From contig JAHLWR010000006.1 in assembly GCA_019057815.1 (NCBI GenBank), positions 125,298 to 189,297 of the forward strand: 64,000 nt of DNA, read 5' to 3'. The stretch's first letter is position 1; every line of letters begins with the position of its first letter. The DNA is from Candidatus Heimdallarchaeota archaeon. Lineage in GTDB: Archaea > Asgardarchaeota > Heimdallarchaeia > Heimdallarchaeales > Heimdallarchaeaceae. Of the stretch, positions 43,501 through 51,431 are shown piece by piece. The notes below the pieces were generated by a model. It had not been told where the DNA came from. It saw only the letters and a program-made list of their open reading frames with translations, and searched no databases. Made by a program: the position numbers and the translations under genes.

Positions 43501-46500
43501 CTTTTGCTCTAATTTGGTAAGTATAACTTCCTTTAGGGATGTAATTAATTATTGTTTCATATCGTTCAGTTGCTCCATTCCAATTCATTGTGTGAATTAA
43601 TGGGTCTTCGCCTGTTTCATTTATGTATAATTGAACTAGAGCTATTTCTCCATCATCTGTAACATTAGCTGTGAAAAGTGTTTGAATGTTATCTGCTGTT
43701 GGATTTGCACTAATATTTCTTTCGTGAATTACTGGTGGTCCAAGATCAGTAATTGTTTCAGCAAAAGAACTGCTGTTACTATTTCCATAAATATCAATAA
43801 AAGTTGATTCTAAGACAAATTCTGTCAAAGCTGACATCTTAGGCAGTATGATGTAATGTCTCCCGTCATAATATACGTTTAAGTTATTTGGATCACCAGA
43901 GTTGATCGATAATGTTACTGTTCTAGACAATATTCCTGATATATCATAACAACGAGGTATCCAGACTTTAATAAAAGTGTCCGGATTAAGAGGTTCATTT
44001 AACCAATCGTTTGGAGTTATATCTGGTTTTGTGCTATCAGTAACATCTTTTGTTATAGGTGTGGAAACAAACTCGTTACCATACAAGTCTTTGACTTTGC
44101 AAACTATCTGTATAGTATTTGAACCGTAGAAGTTTTTAATAATTGATACATTTAGATTGTACTCTAATGTGTAATCATTAAAGCCATTGTTTTGAATAAT
44201 AATACCAGTCAAATTAATGATAGAATCGCCATTATGTAATAGTTCTATTAGGGCTGTCCCAACATCGATAGAAACATCATCTTGAAACTGTGCTGTAAAG
44301 TAAAGCGTGCCTGAATTAACTAACTCTAAAGTGGATGGAACGGTTATTAGTATGGCTGTTGGTTCATATATGTCATTAAAAAACAAATAAGTTGTATTAC
44401 TTATGCTATTACTTGTCCACAAAAACTCGTCTTGAGCTTCAAACCAGAAAGCACAACTAGAACGACCATCAGTGTCAATAGTCCCCAAAACAAAATGCAA
44501 TAAATAATTATAAGGAGAAACACTTTCATCAAAATTCATTGTTATCGTTTGAATATCTCCAAAATCAATTTGATATTTTAATTTCACAAAATTCAAAAGG
44601 CTAAAATCAGAAACTCTAACTCTTATGACTATTTCACTTAAATAAGATATATCATTACCTTCATACTCGAAAAGATTATTACTCCATATTGTGGGAGAAT
44701 CTCCATCTCCAATAACATATTCAATGGGCATATTGCTTATGAAATTATTATTTTTTATATCCCTAGTTTCTATCCATATTAATAAAACATCTCCACAATA
44801 ATAAAAAGAGTGATCAACAGTTCCTATGTAATGCGTTCCATTCGATGTTAACTGAGTAATAAACTCTGATCCTGCGTTAATTGTATATCTGAGTCTATAA
44901 ATATCTATTTCGTTAAAATCGTTGATAACTGTTATTATTTCACAATCTTGGGTTGATATTAGTGTCTCTGGAGCACTTACTACAGTAACTTCTGGTGGAG
45001 TCTTATCTTCAATAAGGAAAGTGTAATAATCATCAAAGATATTATAAAAAATATCAATAACTGTTACATGAAGGACTAATAATAGTTCTGTATGTTCGTG
45101 AAAATCATAAGATAATGTTTTATATCCGCTCCAAGTTGATCCTGATATGGTAAATTGACTTATTCCTCCATACCATGTAGTACTTTCACCATCTTGAATA
45201 CCTACTTGAAATCTTAATTGTGATAATCGACCATCATCAGCTAAATTGACATATACATCTAATTCTTCATCATAGTCGTTTGGAAAAGCTTGACAAGCCA
45301 ATAATTGTGGTATTTCACCATCAGAAACCATATAGTGACTTGAATAAGAGCAAGTATTATTTACTGCAGACCAATCAATAGCTGTAATTGTATAATAGAC
45401 TCTGTTAAGAGCTGTAGTATTTTCAAAAACATATGTAAAAGTAGTATTTCCTAAATCAGTCATTGTGCCACTGTAACTATAAATTAATTCAAGATCATAG
45501 TTTTTAACATCGATTTGAATTTGTACAGTGACATTATTATCGTCAATAACATCACATTTTATGGTAACTGAATCGTTTGCTGTAATAAGATTATTAGGTG
45601 TAATATGTACATTTTGTATTATAGGAGCAATACCGTCTACCCATACAATGGTAGTGTTTTCACTATAAATTTGATTACCCCACACATCTTCTGAATCAAT
45701 CCAATAAGTTGTATTTTCTCCAATTTCTTGACATGGAATTACCCCCCACCAAGTGTTAGGTGGTGCTCCTGTACTATATTCGACTAATATATTTCCTTCT
45801 CTGATTTGATGAGTACCATTCCAGCAAATGTACCAGAGAATGTTTCGATTAAAAACAGATGCATCAATAATTGTAGCATTCACTCTCATTTCCCCTCCAG
45901 GAATATATCCTGGGTTTCCGTTAACGATATTAGAAATAATAGGGGGAACATTATCTTCTATTGTTAAAGTAAAGTTGTATGTGCAAGAAGAATAATGAAA
46001 AACTGAACTATCTTCAGCAATAAAACTAAATGTGATCACAACATTTTCATCTGTACCAGGAAGAACTTTATACCAGAGATTGGTATCAGTTTCTTGTGTC
46101 ATTAAATATTCATATATTGTTCCAGGTTCGTAACTATATTCTACTTCAACTTTAACATTGTCAATTCCAGAATTGTCCCAAGCCTCAGCATATAGTGTGA
46201 AATCTTGATTAGCTTTAGGAGATACAGGCACACATCCCATATATGCAATATATGGATGTAGACCATCTGTAACAAAAATTGAAAATATTTGTGATTTCTT
46301 TATATTGGTTATTGTTGAATTATCTTTGGCTACAATTTGATACTCTAATTTTGTTCCTTTTTCCATTGGTGGAAGTTCTACACTGTAAAAATTGGGTTCA
46401 GTTGTAGAATTACTCATAAGTATATCAGTATAATCTTCGGAGTCGGAGTTATTTACCCAAGTTCTCAATTTAACTGATTCAACTTTGACATTATCTGTAA

Positions 46501-46981
46501 CCCAAACTGAGATTGTGGTAACATTAGAGTTAGTAACAATTGATGGAGTTTGATGTATATCTGCTACATGCGGTAAACCCCCATCATCCACTCTTAATGG
46601 ACCAATGGGTAGACTATATTCAACATTGTTGTGTATATCTGTTGCAACAATCCAATATGTTACCTCACTATAGAGAGGCAAATTAGGAAGTTCAGCTTCA
46701 TAATAGTTATACATATAAGATAACATCTTTATCGAATGGTTTTCGGAGTTATCTACGTTATAAATCAGAATAACAGATGAAATTTTACTATCATCCTTAA
46801 CATCACAATATATCATTGTTGTTAATTCAGCTCGAAGAATATCGAAATTTCTTCCAATATTTGTTATACTTGGTGCTGTAATATCTGTATCTCCCATAAC
46901 AGAGATAGTGTTAACTGTTGAAAATATTTGAACTATAAACAATGCTATAATTATATACAAGATTTTATTTCCTTTATTCAT
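37508..46981 (-). CDS. 3157-aa membrane-anchored surface protein with more than 20 Ig-like beta-sandwich repeats
   Basis: Signal peptide; recurring linkers DITAP, EDNVPP, DGIAP, EDKTPP (x2), DSTKP, DLGPP, DDTTPP, DEYAP, DDITSP, EDLNPP, DISPP; C-terminal TM ILIPILIGVTISVASISLIF plus a basic tail. Confidence 0.85.
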   Translation of the reverse strand: MNKGNKILYIIIALFIVQIFSTVNTISVMGDTDITAPSITNIGRNFDILRAELTTMIYCDVKDDSKISSVILIYNVDNSENHSIKMLSYMYNYYEAELPNLPLYSEVTYWIVATDIHNNVEYSLPIGPLRVDDGGLPHVADIHQTPSIVTNSNVTTISVWVTDNVKVESVKLRTWVNNSDSEDYTDILMSNSTTEPNFYSVELPPMEKGTKLEYQIVAKDNSTITNIKKSQIFSIFVTDGLHPYIAYMGCVPVSPKANQDFTLYAEAWDNSGIDNVKVEVEYSYEPGTIYEYLMTQETDTNLWYKVLPGTDENVVITFSFIAEDSSVFHYSSCTYNFTLTIEDNVPPIISNIVNGNPGYIPGGEMRVNATIIDASVFNRNILWYICWNGTHQIREGNILVEYSTGAPPNTWWGVIPCQEIGENTTYWIDSEDVWGNQIYSENTTIVWVDGIAPIIQNVHITPNNLITANDSVTIKCDVIDDNNVTVQIQIDVKNYDLELIYSYSGTMTDLGNTTFTYVFENTTALNRVYYTITAIDWSAVNNTCSYSSHYMVSDGEIPQLLACQAFPNDYDEELDVYVNLADDGRLSQLRFQVGIQDGESTTWYGGISQFTISGSTWSGYKTLSYDFHEHTELLLVLHVTVIDIFYNIFDDYYTFLIEDKTPPEVTVVSAPETLISTQDCEIITVINDFNEIDIYRLRYTINAGSEFITQLTSNGTHYIGTVDHSFYYCGDVLLIWIETRDIKNNNFISNMPIEYVIGDGDSPTIWSNNLFEYEGNDISYLSEIVIRVRVSDFSLLNFVKLKYQIDFGDIQTITMNFDESVSPYNYLLHFVLGTIDTDGRSSCAFWFEAQDEFLWTSNSISNTTYLFFNDIYEPTAILITVPSTLELVNSGTLYFTAQFQDDVSIDVGTALIELLHNGDSIINLTGIIIQNNGFNDYTLEYNLNVSIIKNFYGSNTIQIVCKVKDLYGNEFVSTPITKDVTDSTKPDITPNDWLNEPLNPDTFIKVWIPRCYDISGILSRTVTLSINSGDPNNLNVYYDGRHYIILPKMSALTEFVLESTFIDIYGNSNSSSFAETITDLGPPVIHERNISANPTADNIQTLFTANVTDDGEIALVQLYINETGEDPLIHTMNWNGATERYETIINYIPKGSYTYQIRAKDICNKWSDLTPEIGFISEDKTPPAYVGTSAHSSTLQATSSTSFKFVVTTSDNEGISLIRVNYEIEGTTYISTVDGTSTAIFIVECNNYVPDDNIIITSIYIEDTASTPNHITIDSSLPSWRVYDDEVPVGVSHSAAVSIDSSDPWSVAITIEENNIAYHSDMDVDIWLEDTPSSGTYTAYAMSYDGSNGEYCDYNIIFDSSFSWESGSYHYYFLFSLTTTYTIGVTLSGNLYGSNPETLSVDDTTPPEIVDGTFFVNPSDYNLQQGLEPEDIVNLVLGFTVFETGTGMDISTGITNEDIIVDFSIDGGSTWSINVGEVTTASQIDSYNYAYTYNIFKETLHSYITQPTNNIKYRIIIKDTGDNSRTYTSSPNTGDTDDFTFSLTDEYAPNIELVQIKPYSQKYTLTKDTVFDSITIGHTNTISIFVTVKDECVLDGSSSLEIKMALGTSTTYTLVDFANFDWTTNYETREITIDNSDYIDYSDLQWSVEKNNYILNVKLKIIITDALTHQREEFDYIYQVSDQDAWIFSSEGEPYFEDEDGNIWDGGRLLATGYDSTLKMQVYEIWPIVADNIEIRLVNTDNTDIVYFIASTTDITVESALEDFCWDISWTIVWADLVEFDEYTFALIINIEAGKYAEVFIGEPYFSIEIETNYVEIQNNIVSFDILYPDGTAAGDYEVYVVEQSIGLDNGGKILVIIPNILYAVTLEIFVIYKIGEEGTNTYRPDDEVKLFSGVLPYPAEGMISLELERDMDDQPDMFFRYPGQHELYFILWYTEIGYASGHVDSRESSISSYVIVDDITSPHFVPAWGDPKVKTNYGDAAISEDSFNDLIVFMCIQDDYITTTDFGIDYRIYATITITLGSESYTLDEELYTLTSIAIVSEYVRHETCGEGTVADPYRRVMQVYVTIIVDDILAEISHPGTATLEVTELKQIVNILEGHPCVNYALPPDPITLYIEDLNPPNLYLDSNHPLPNTYLWGGSTTVEFYCKSDDAAFYTDIVWFCWRPYDPYNPDTPFTKVVMTDLVSPIFTFKAELETNILGPNGIEYYFLVVDYGCSYTVLDNLGSYSQTGSEPPIIWEPFICASRSYGAIHLGVGGVSTTTGDINVDSYAELSFCITSQFGFLEYAELTTSLTYNYDNEIAITLEYWADWDTTKSHIRTAVINDISTSYAAGNHLYITIDLHDAILWDGSIYQTDTVCEWNYDLTITYRWEFIDHTGAFYSDTKEFSSGTSPWDVITFSDSAEPNIFYLSFSDNNGGDHCIDDTYKVFYKIYEASAYTVDLTITDYTTGYFVTFNDLHSIHNGFAYFDEYYVLTDLFSGNEAVSGGDMIYITITVTQNDGGASSCTYSVDITLDDTHAQQFVSATWNLDTTTKYIYDHQNEFKNSFYFEVIVNDPDTHWSQHQTVRIDYVFTPYQYSSSYGCIRYSWYGSKTQVDTYTSKWRFTMIPSFRKFHSGSTNIYPVDGRADIKIYYAGGSSSIQCQLIHFISDNAPYLYPNSLYLTSTTFGNTASYSLEYEDNAPPESFTSCPGGNTKLQYKYDTAWVNLNGYSYSGTSVGSGNIYHYIVYLMEYNYGYRPDISLTYRYKIDSANHYGGDVWYSATQDFVWYDGDDPVIDSWTGTLPPQPKYTSVPIYADLSDNVGIDYAQVKYYWSGHGSSTSPYSVTMSKISGSYWDGTWRGYIPGAPAGKTVYFTIYAVDTFGNDDYPGWGITWHYYLVSFGGGFVQCPSIPKVSLNSTDSSHSVDNNFDIVPIEYSYDEDVENVLVTFSVPKYITSYMPMGIVVGSSASSMDIFLPLTRTIGNEWITTLSLNRLPNNCELFADIYSFRATDGKIMTYSDEFNITLFNFQLEPDISPPTVYITKQEEGNKYIIDVTTSSDSGIYKIRLSLKYGNDSKWITIDRYYEKSLTYVFYPQKNVTVFAEVWENNINQLYASTKNITIEPVIEDLSGKNDYVKILIPILIGVTISVASISLIFTKKLRPNDIKLFLRRMIKK

Positions 46982-49739
46982 TTGCTTTTCCTCGTTTCGT
47001 TTTTTTATGTTTTAACATGTATTTACGACTTAGAGATAATATTATCACTCCCAGAATCATAATAAACGCAGAAACAGAATATTTTAGATCTTGAGTGGTA
47101 ATAATTCCCTCCGTAACTGTCTCTGTTGTATTTACTCCCTTAGATGTTTCAGTTGTACTAATGGTCTCTGTTGTATCAGTTGCATCTGTAGTTTCTGTAG
47201 TCTCTATATTAAATACAAACTGTACCAAATATTCTCTGTCAAATATATCATACGATATTATTGACAAATTATGATATCCCTTAGGAATGTTTGAAATATT
47301 TAACATTAGTGTGAAACTGTTGAAAACTGGTTCCAATATAACAGAGTAATATTTCTGTTGATCAATATATATTGAGAAATTTACTGTTGAATAATCATAA
47401 GAACTAAAATAGATGTAAATTGAGTTTGAAATTATTGTATTATTAGTAAAATCTGTGAATATTTGTGGTTTAGATAAATCTACATATATTTTAATCCCTT
47501 TTGAATATTCTTCATTTTCTACTTTGATTGTAAAAAGTATATAGTGTTCTCCTTCCTGAACATTGTCAATACTACATATCTGATCTGTTTCCATTACCTC
47601 ATTTATGTTAAGTTGAACATTATCAAGTGAGATATTGGTTATTCGACCATGATTATACGACAGATGAAGTTTGACTGTTTTAGTGTTGAAGTAGGGCATA
47701 TTATTAGAAAAACCTATGTTCAAGGAGAGATTATATGAAGAAATATAAGAAACAGATATATTACATAAGAGATTTCTTAAAGCGTTTTTATTGAAAACGT
47801 CTAACGATGTCCAATTAACTTTTAATGAGACTGTTAGAAAATAAGTATTATTAGGCTCTAAAACATATTCCTCTATGTTAGAGTTGTCTATATATACAGG
47901 ATTACCATATTGGTCATATGACTTGGATAACTTTGTAATTAGTTCATATCTATCATCACTATTTTCTATATTTGCAGACTGTATTTTAATTGAATACGAT
48001 AATGTACCATTGTTTGGAGTAATTACTTTGGTAAAATACGTTCTTTGATATAATTTGGATAATGGAGATAATATTGCATTTTGATTGAAAGATTCTGATG
48101 TCTCATTTATTAATATCTTTTTCTCCCATCCTTCACCAAAAACTCCCCAACCTTCAACTCTATCTTTTTGTATAACACCGTCTTCTGGTATTTGAGCTAT
48201 ATTATCATAATCACCATTATAGTAATTGGGAAAAGCAGGAAATGTTTGTTGTAATATTTTATATTTTATCTCTTTTATTTCACTCCATGTATAGTTCCAA
48301 TTTTCTTTTATTATATAGGAATATACAACACCTGACATAAGTGCTGTAGAAAAACTAGTTCCTTGTACTTGGCATAATGAGTTAAGTTGGTTGGTATCCG
48401 CCACTTTTATACATTGATAAACCACCCCCAAACTGCCACCTGGTACAACTATATCGGGTTTGATGTCTCGAAGGGGACAATAGCATCCATGAGCGCTATA
48501 ATAAGCTATTTCTTGTAAACTATTAACTGCTCCAACAGTTAAGGCATAAGGAGAACTTCCTGGGGATTCTACTTCGCCAGATGTACCAGTATTTCCTGCG
48601 GCAATAACAGGAAAAATACCATTTTCAGCGATTATTCTAATAGCATCATCTATAACAGCAAGTCTCTCATCAAAACCTAAAGATAAATTAACTATTTTTA
48701 TATTGTAAATATCTTTAATTTCAAGTAAGTAATCCAAAGCTTTCAACAATACTGTAGTATTACCATATCCTTGATCATCTAAGACTTTTAAAACAATCAA
48801 CTTAGCTCCAGGTACTACACCTTTTATGGATTGTAATTTGGGATAATCAATTGTTCCTGTAACAGATGTTGTGAGTTCTCCTGCTCTGTTTGAAACAAAT
48901 GCAACTATGTTATTCCCAAAAAACATAAGAGATGTCCATGTAAACGAACCATTGTTGAATATTGGTGACTCTGCAATAATTTGTTCAGTGTCGAGATTGT
49001 ATAAACCTACAGAAATTTGATTACCATTTTCCCATTCTACACTTATTTTTATTTCCCTTACATCCTCTTTTTCAATATATCCTAAGAATCTAAGAGTGTT
49101 TCGATGGACAGTAGTGTTAAAACAATAAACACCATTACTTGTACAATTACCTGCAATAATAGAACAAACAGCAGTTCCATGCCCGAATGTGTCACAAGGT
49201 TCATAATACAGATTCCCTTCATTTTCCTCTTTACCTATGAAATCTTTCCAGTGCAGAAGTTGATTCTTTTCAAACTTGCTATGATTTATATTAATACCAG
49301 TATCCAAAATGGCAATAGATGTATCTTCATCTGGTTCGTAAGATTGAGATATTCTTAAGCCTATTTGCTCTTGTGCTGACATCATAGATGATGTCATTTG
49401 TGCTGTCAAATCAACTTTGTAGAATTCTACATTTGAACATCCAATATCTCTTAAAAACAATTTTTTATCGATTATTTTCACAACTGATAAGTCAAGATTT
49501 TCATAATAGTCAAGAATTTGAATTCCATCTATGTTATTAGTGACCTTTTTGATAATAACAATGTCTCCATCTCTAAAAGTCTCTCTGAAATCTGGTTGAC
49601 AATTAGTACATCTATCTTGCGTAGTAATATTATTAATTTGTAGTAATATTATTAGACTTGTAATTAAAATACCGGTTAAAGTTAGAATTATGAATAGTTT
49701 AATCATTTTATACTTGTATTTTTTGTATAATGAACTCAT
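46974..49739 (-). CDS. Membrane-anchored subtilisin-like (S8) serine protease
   Basis: Triad AILDTG / GHGTAV / QGTSFS, NLSLG, oxyanion AAGN; signal peptide, Thr-rich linker, C-terminal TM and basic tail. Confidence 0.93.
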   Translation of the reverse strand: MSSLYKKYKYKMIKLFIILTLTGILITSLIILLQINNITTQDRCTNCQPDFRETFRDGDIVIIKKVTNNIDGIQILDYYENLDLSVVKIIDKKLFLRDIGCSNVEFYKVDLTAQMTSSMMSAQEQIGLRISQSYEPDEDTSIAILDTGININHSKFEKNQLLHWKDFIGKEENEGNLYYEPCDTFGHGTAVCSIIAGNCTSNGVYCFNTTVHRNTLRFLGYIEKEDVREIKISVEWENGNQISVGLYNLDTEQIIAESPIFNNGSFTWTSLMFFGNNIVAFVSNRAGELTTSVTGTIDYPKLQSIKGVVPGAKLIVLKVLDDQGYGNTTVLLKALDYLLEIKDIYNIKIVNLSLGFDERLAVIDDAIRIIAENGIFPVIAAGNTGTSGEVESPGSSPYALTVGAVNSLQEIAYYSAHGCYCPLRDIKPDIVVPGGSLGVVYQCIKVADTNQLNSLCQVQGTSFSTALMSGVVYSYIIKENWNYTWSEIKEIKYKILQQTFPAFPNYYNGDYDNIAQIPEDGVIQKDRVEGWGVFGEGWEKKILINETSESFNQNAILSPLSKLYQRTYFTKVITPNNGTLSYSIKIQSANIENSDDRYELITKLSKSYDQYGNPVYIDNSNIEEYVLEPNNTYFLTVSLKVNWTSLDVFNKNALRNLLCNISVSYISSYNLSLNIGFSNNMPYFNTKTVKLHLSYNHGRITNISLDNVQLNINEVMETDQICSIDNVQEGEHYILFTIKVENEEYSKGIKIYVDLSKPQIFTDFTNNTIISNSIYIYFSSYDYSTVNFSIYIDQQKYYSVILEPVFNSFTLMLNISNIPKGYHNLSIISYDIFDREYLVQFVFNIETTETTDATDTTETISTTETSKGVNTTETVTEGIITTQDLKYSVSAFIMILGVIILSLSRKYMLKHKKTKRGKANE

Positions 49740-49745
49740 CTATTG

Positions 49746-50213
49746 TCACTTCCCTTTAAAGATTGCATCTTTTTTATTGATTTCAAGTTCAGAAAGAATG
49801 GTTGTTTGTTTCCCTATGTGAATATTCTTCACCCCATCGCATATTTTCACACTTATCGGAAGATAAGGTTGAGTAGAGTAGGACTTAATGTTGTCAACCT
49901 CCAATGTAGCCAATTGATTTATAAAGGAGGTAAATTTTTTTAGAAAAATACTTAAAAATATTTGAAGATTTAAGGAAAAGAAGAATAAAATCCGTCGAGA
50001 ACTATCTCCTTCCCAAACCCAATTTTCTTCTTTTTTACCTCTCTTCAAAAAATGATGTAGCATGTCTTGAGGAAAGAGTGAAACACAAAATAGCGATAAT
50101 ACTTGTTCACTATCAATCGTAGTGTTGAAGAAAGACTTTTCGCTTCCACATTCTAATGAACTCAAAATAAGATTGTTAGTTAGATTGCAGTCTAAGTTTT
50201 TCTTTGTGAACAC
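49746..50213 (-). CDS. Hypothetical protein; may be partly non-coding leader
   Basis: Co-oriented and ends 6 nt before the protease start, but the composition is atypical and no motif is recognisable. Confidence 0.3.
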   Translation of the reverse strand: MFTKKNLDCNLTNNLILSSLECGSEKSFFNTTIDSEQVLSLFCVSLFPQDMLHHFLKRGKKEENWVWEGDSSRRILFFFSLNLQIFLSIFLKKFTSFINQLATLEVDNIKSYSTQPYLPISVKICDGVKNIHIGKQTTILSELEINKKDAIFKGK

Positions 50214-50216
50214 TTG

Positions 50217-50534
50217 TCATAACCTTCGTATTTGATTGAAAATAATCTCCAATATCCTTTCAATTTGGGAATTGTCTTTTATATTCCCTTGATTCAAAAG
50301 TTTGGACAGCTCTTTGATCTCTTTTATTTCTTTTCCTTGTAGTTCTAGTATCCCTCCAATAATCTGCAACAATTGTTTAATCCTTGAAAGCAATCTCTTC
50401 TTTACTTCCTCTTTCTGTATTTCATTCAAGAGTATCAGATGTTCTTTGAGTTCCTCCCATCTACATGTTAAATGCTCTGAAAGCCCTTTCTTTGTTAATT
50501 CTTCTCCTTGTAGTTTTTCTATCATACTTTTCAT
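50217..50534 (-). CDS. Small helical hypothetical protein
   Basis: 105-aa L/E/K-rich amphipathic helices; divergent from the wHTH gene. Confidence 0.55.
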   Translation of the reverse strand: MKSMIEKLQGEELTKKGLSEHLTCRWEELKEHLILLNEIQKEEVKKRLLSRIKQLLQIIGGILELQGKEIKEIKELSKLLNQGNIKDNSQIERILEIIFNQIRRL

Positions 50535-50650
50535 TTCTTTTCAAATTCAGTATATATTCGAAGAGGTTTTTAAGATTTGTGTTTCACACAACCGTTATCG
50601 CATTCATAAATCCTAACAAGACTTATTTGTTCATTCTTTATTATTCCTTT

Positions 50651-50941
50651 GTGTCATCTCTTGCACTTATCCAAGCTTTAGAGCAAAAAACTTCTATTCA
50701 GATTTTGCTTTATCTTCTTTCCAAGAAAGATCAAAAAGATAATGTTACATCTATTTTCCGTTCAGGCGTTATTAAAGGCGGACAAACAGCAATGTATACA
50801 GCTTTAAATAAGTTAGAAGAAGCCGGACTTGTAAAAAGTCACCAGTGGGCAGAAAGAACATTGAGGCTAATTTCTTTGACTCCTGAAGGAGAAAAAATAG
50901 CTCAACAAATAGAGAGAATTATCTCAAATTATCTGAAATAG
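50651..50941 (+). CDS. Winged-helix transcriptional regulator (MarR/PadR/HxlR-like; likely start GTG 50651)
   Basis: IQILLYL...TAMYTALNKLEEAGLVKS...RLISLTPEGEKIA signature. Confidence 0.85.
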   Translation: MSSLALIQALEQKTSIQILLYLLSKKDQKDNVTSIFRSGVIKGGQTAMYTALNKLEEAGLVKSHQWAERTLRLISLTPEGEKIAQQIERIISNYLK

Positions 50942-51034
50942 AATATATTTTGAAATTATTTGTATATATTTAAATAGAATGCTTTCCTTTTCTAGATTGA
51001 TGGCATAAAGTCATCTAATTGATATGTGATAAAA

Positions 51035-51172
51035 ATGGCTAATAAAGCAAAAATGACTCAAAAAGCAGCGAGTCGTATACAAAGTCATGCAGATCGTACA
51101 GGACGAAATCAAGGATGGAAAGAAAGATCTGCAAAAGTAGTAGCAAAAAGTAATTTAAGTAAAAAGAAATAA
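51035..51172 (+). CDS. 45-aa basic microprotein with an AASRIQSHADR motif, absent from the ORF track
   Basis: Hand translation MANKAKMTQKAASRIQSHADRTGRNQGWKERSAKVVAKSNLSKKK*; GTGAT upstream; T-tract downstream. Confidence 0.7.
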   Translation: MANKAKMTQKAASRIQSHADRTGRNQGWKERSAKVVAKSNLSKKK

Positions 51173-51221
51173 ACTACTTCTTTTTACTATGAAGCTAAAA
51201 GGGAACAATGTTCCTAATTTT

Positions 51222-51431
51222 TTATCTTTTAAAATAATAAGCATTTAACAAGCATTTGTCAAGTTCCTCTGATATCCGAGTAATATCATTTTTATAGTTA
51301 TTTAAGTCAGAAATTGATGGAACTGGAAATTTGTCCAATAGGGATCTGGGAAAATCTTGTAAGTTTCCATATGTTGACCAATATAAATAAAATAATGATG
51401 AATTTAATACCACTAGGCAAAAGTCTCTATC
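51222..51431 (-). pseudogene. Remnant resembling the C-terminal target-recognition region of an Eco57I/TaqI-like DNA methyltransferase
   Basis: In-frame DRDFCLVVLNSSLFYLYWSTYGNLQDFPRSLLDKFPVP (LNSxLF.Y...FPxP pattern); no catalytic part; abuts the GHKL gene stop. Confidence 0.55.

Noticed and set aside
19575-46981. RHS/YD, RTX, haemagglutinin repeats or inteins in the giant proteins
   Set aside because: No YD repeats or DPxG core end, no GGxGxD nonapeptides, and no Hint (C...HN) or LAGLIDADG motifs were spotted by eye.
49927-50042. Imperfect inverted repeat GAGGTAAA...TTTACCTC (possible MITE or structured leader)
   Set aside because: Only 8 bp match perfectly in very AT-rich sequence, with no target-site duplication or second copy seen.
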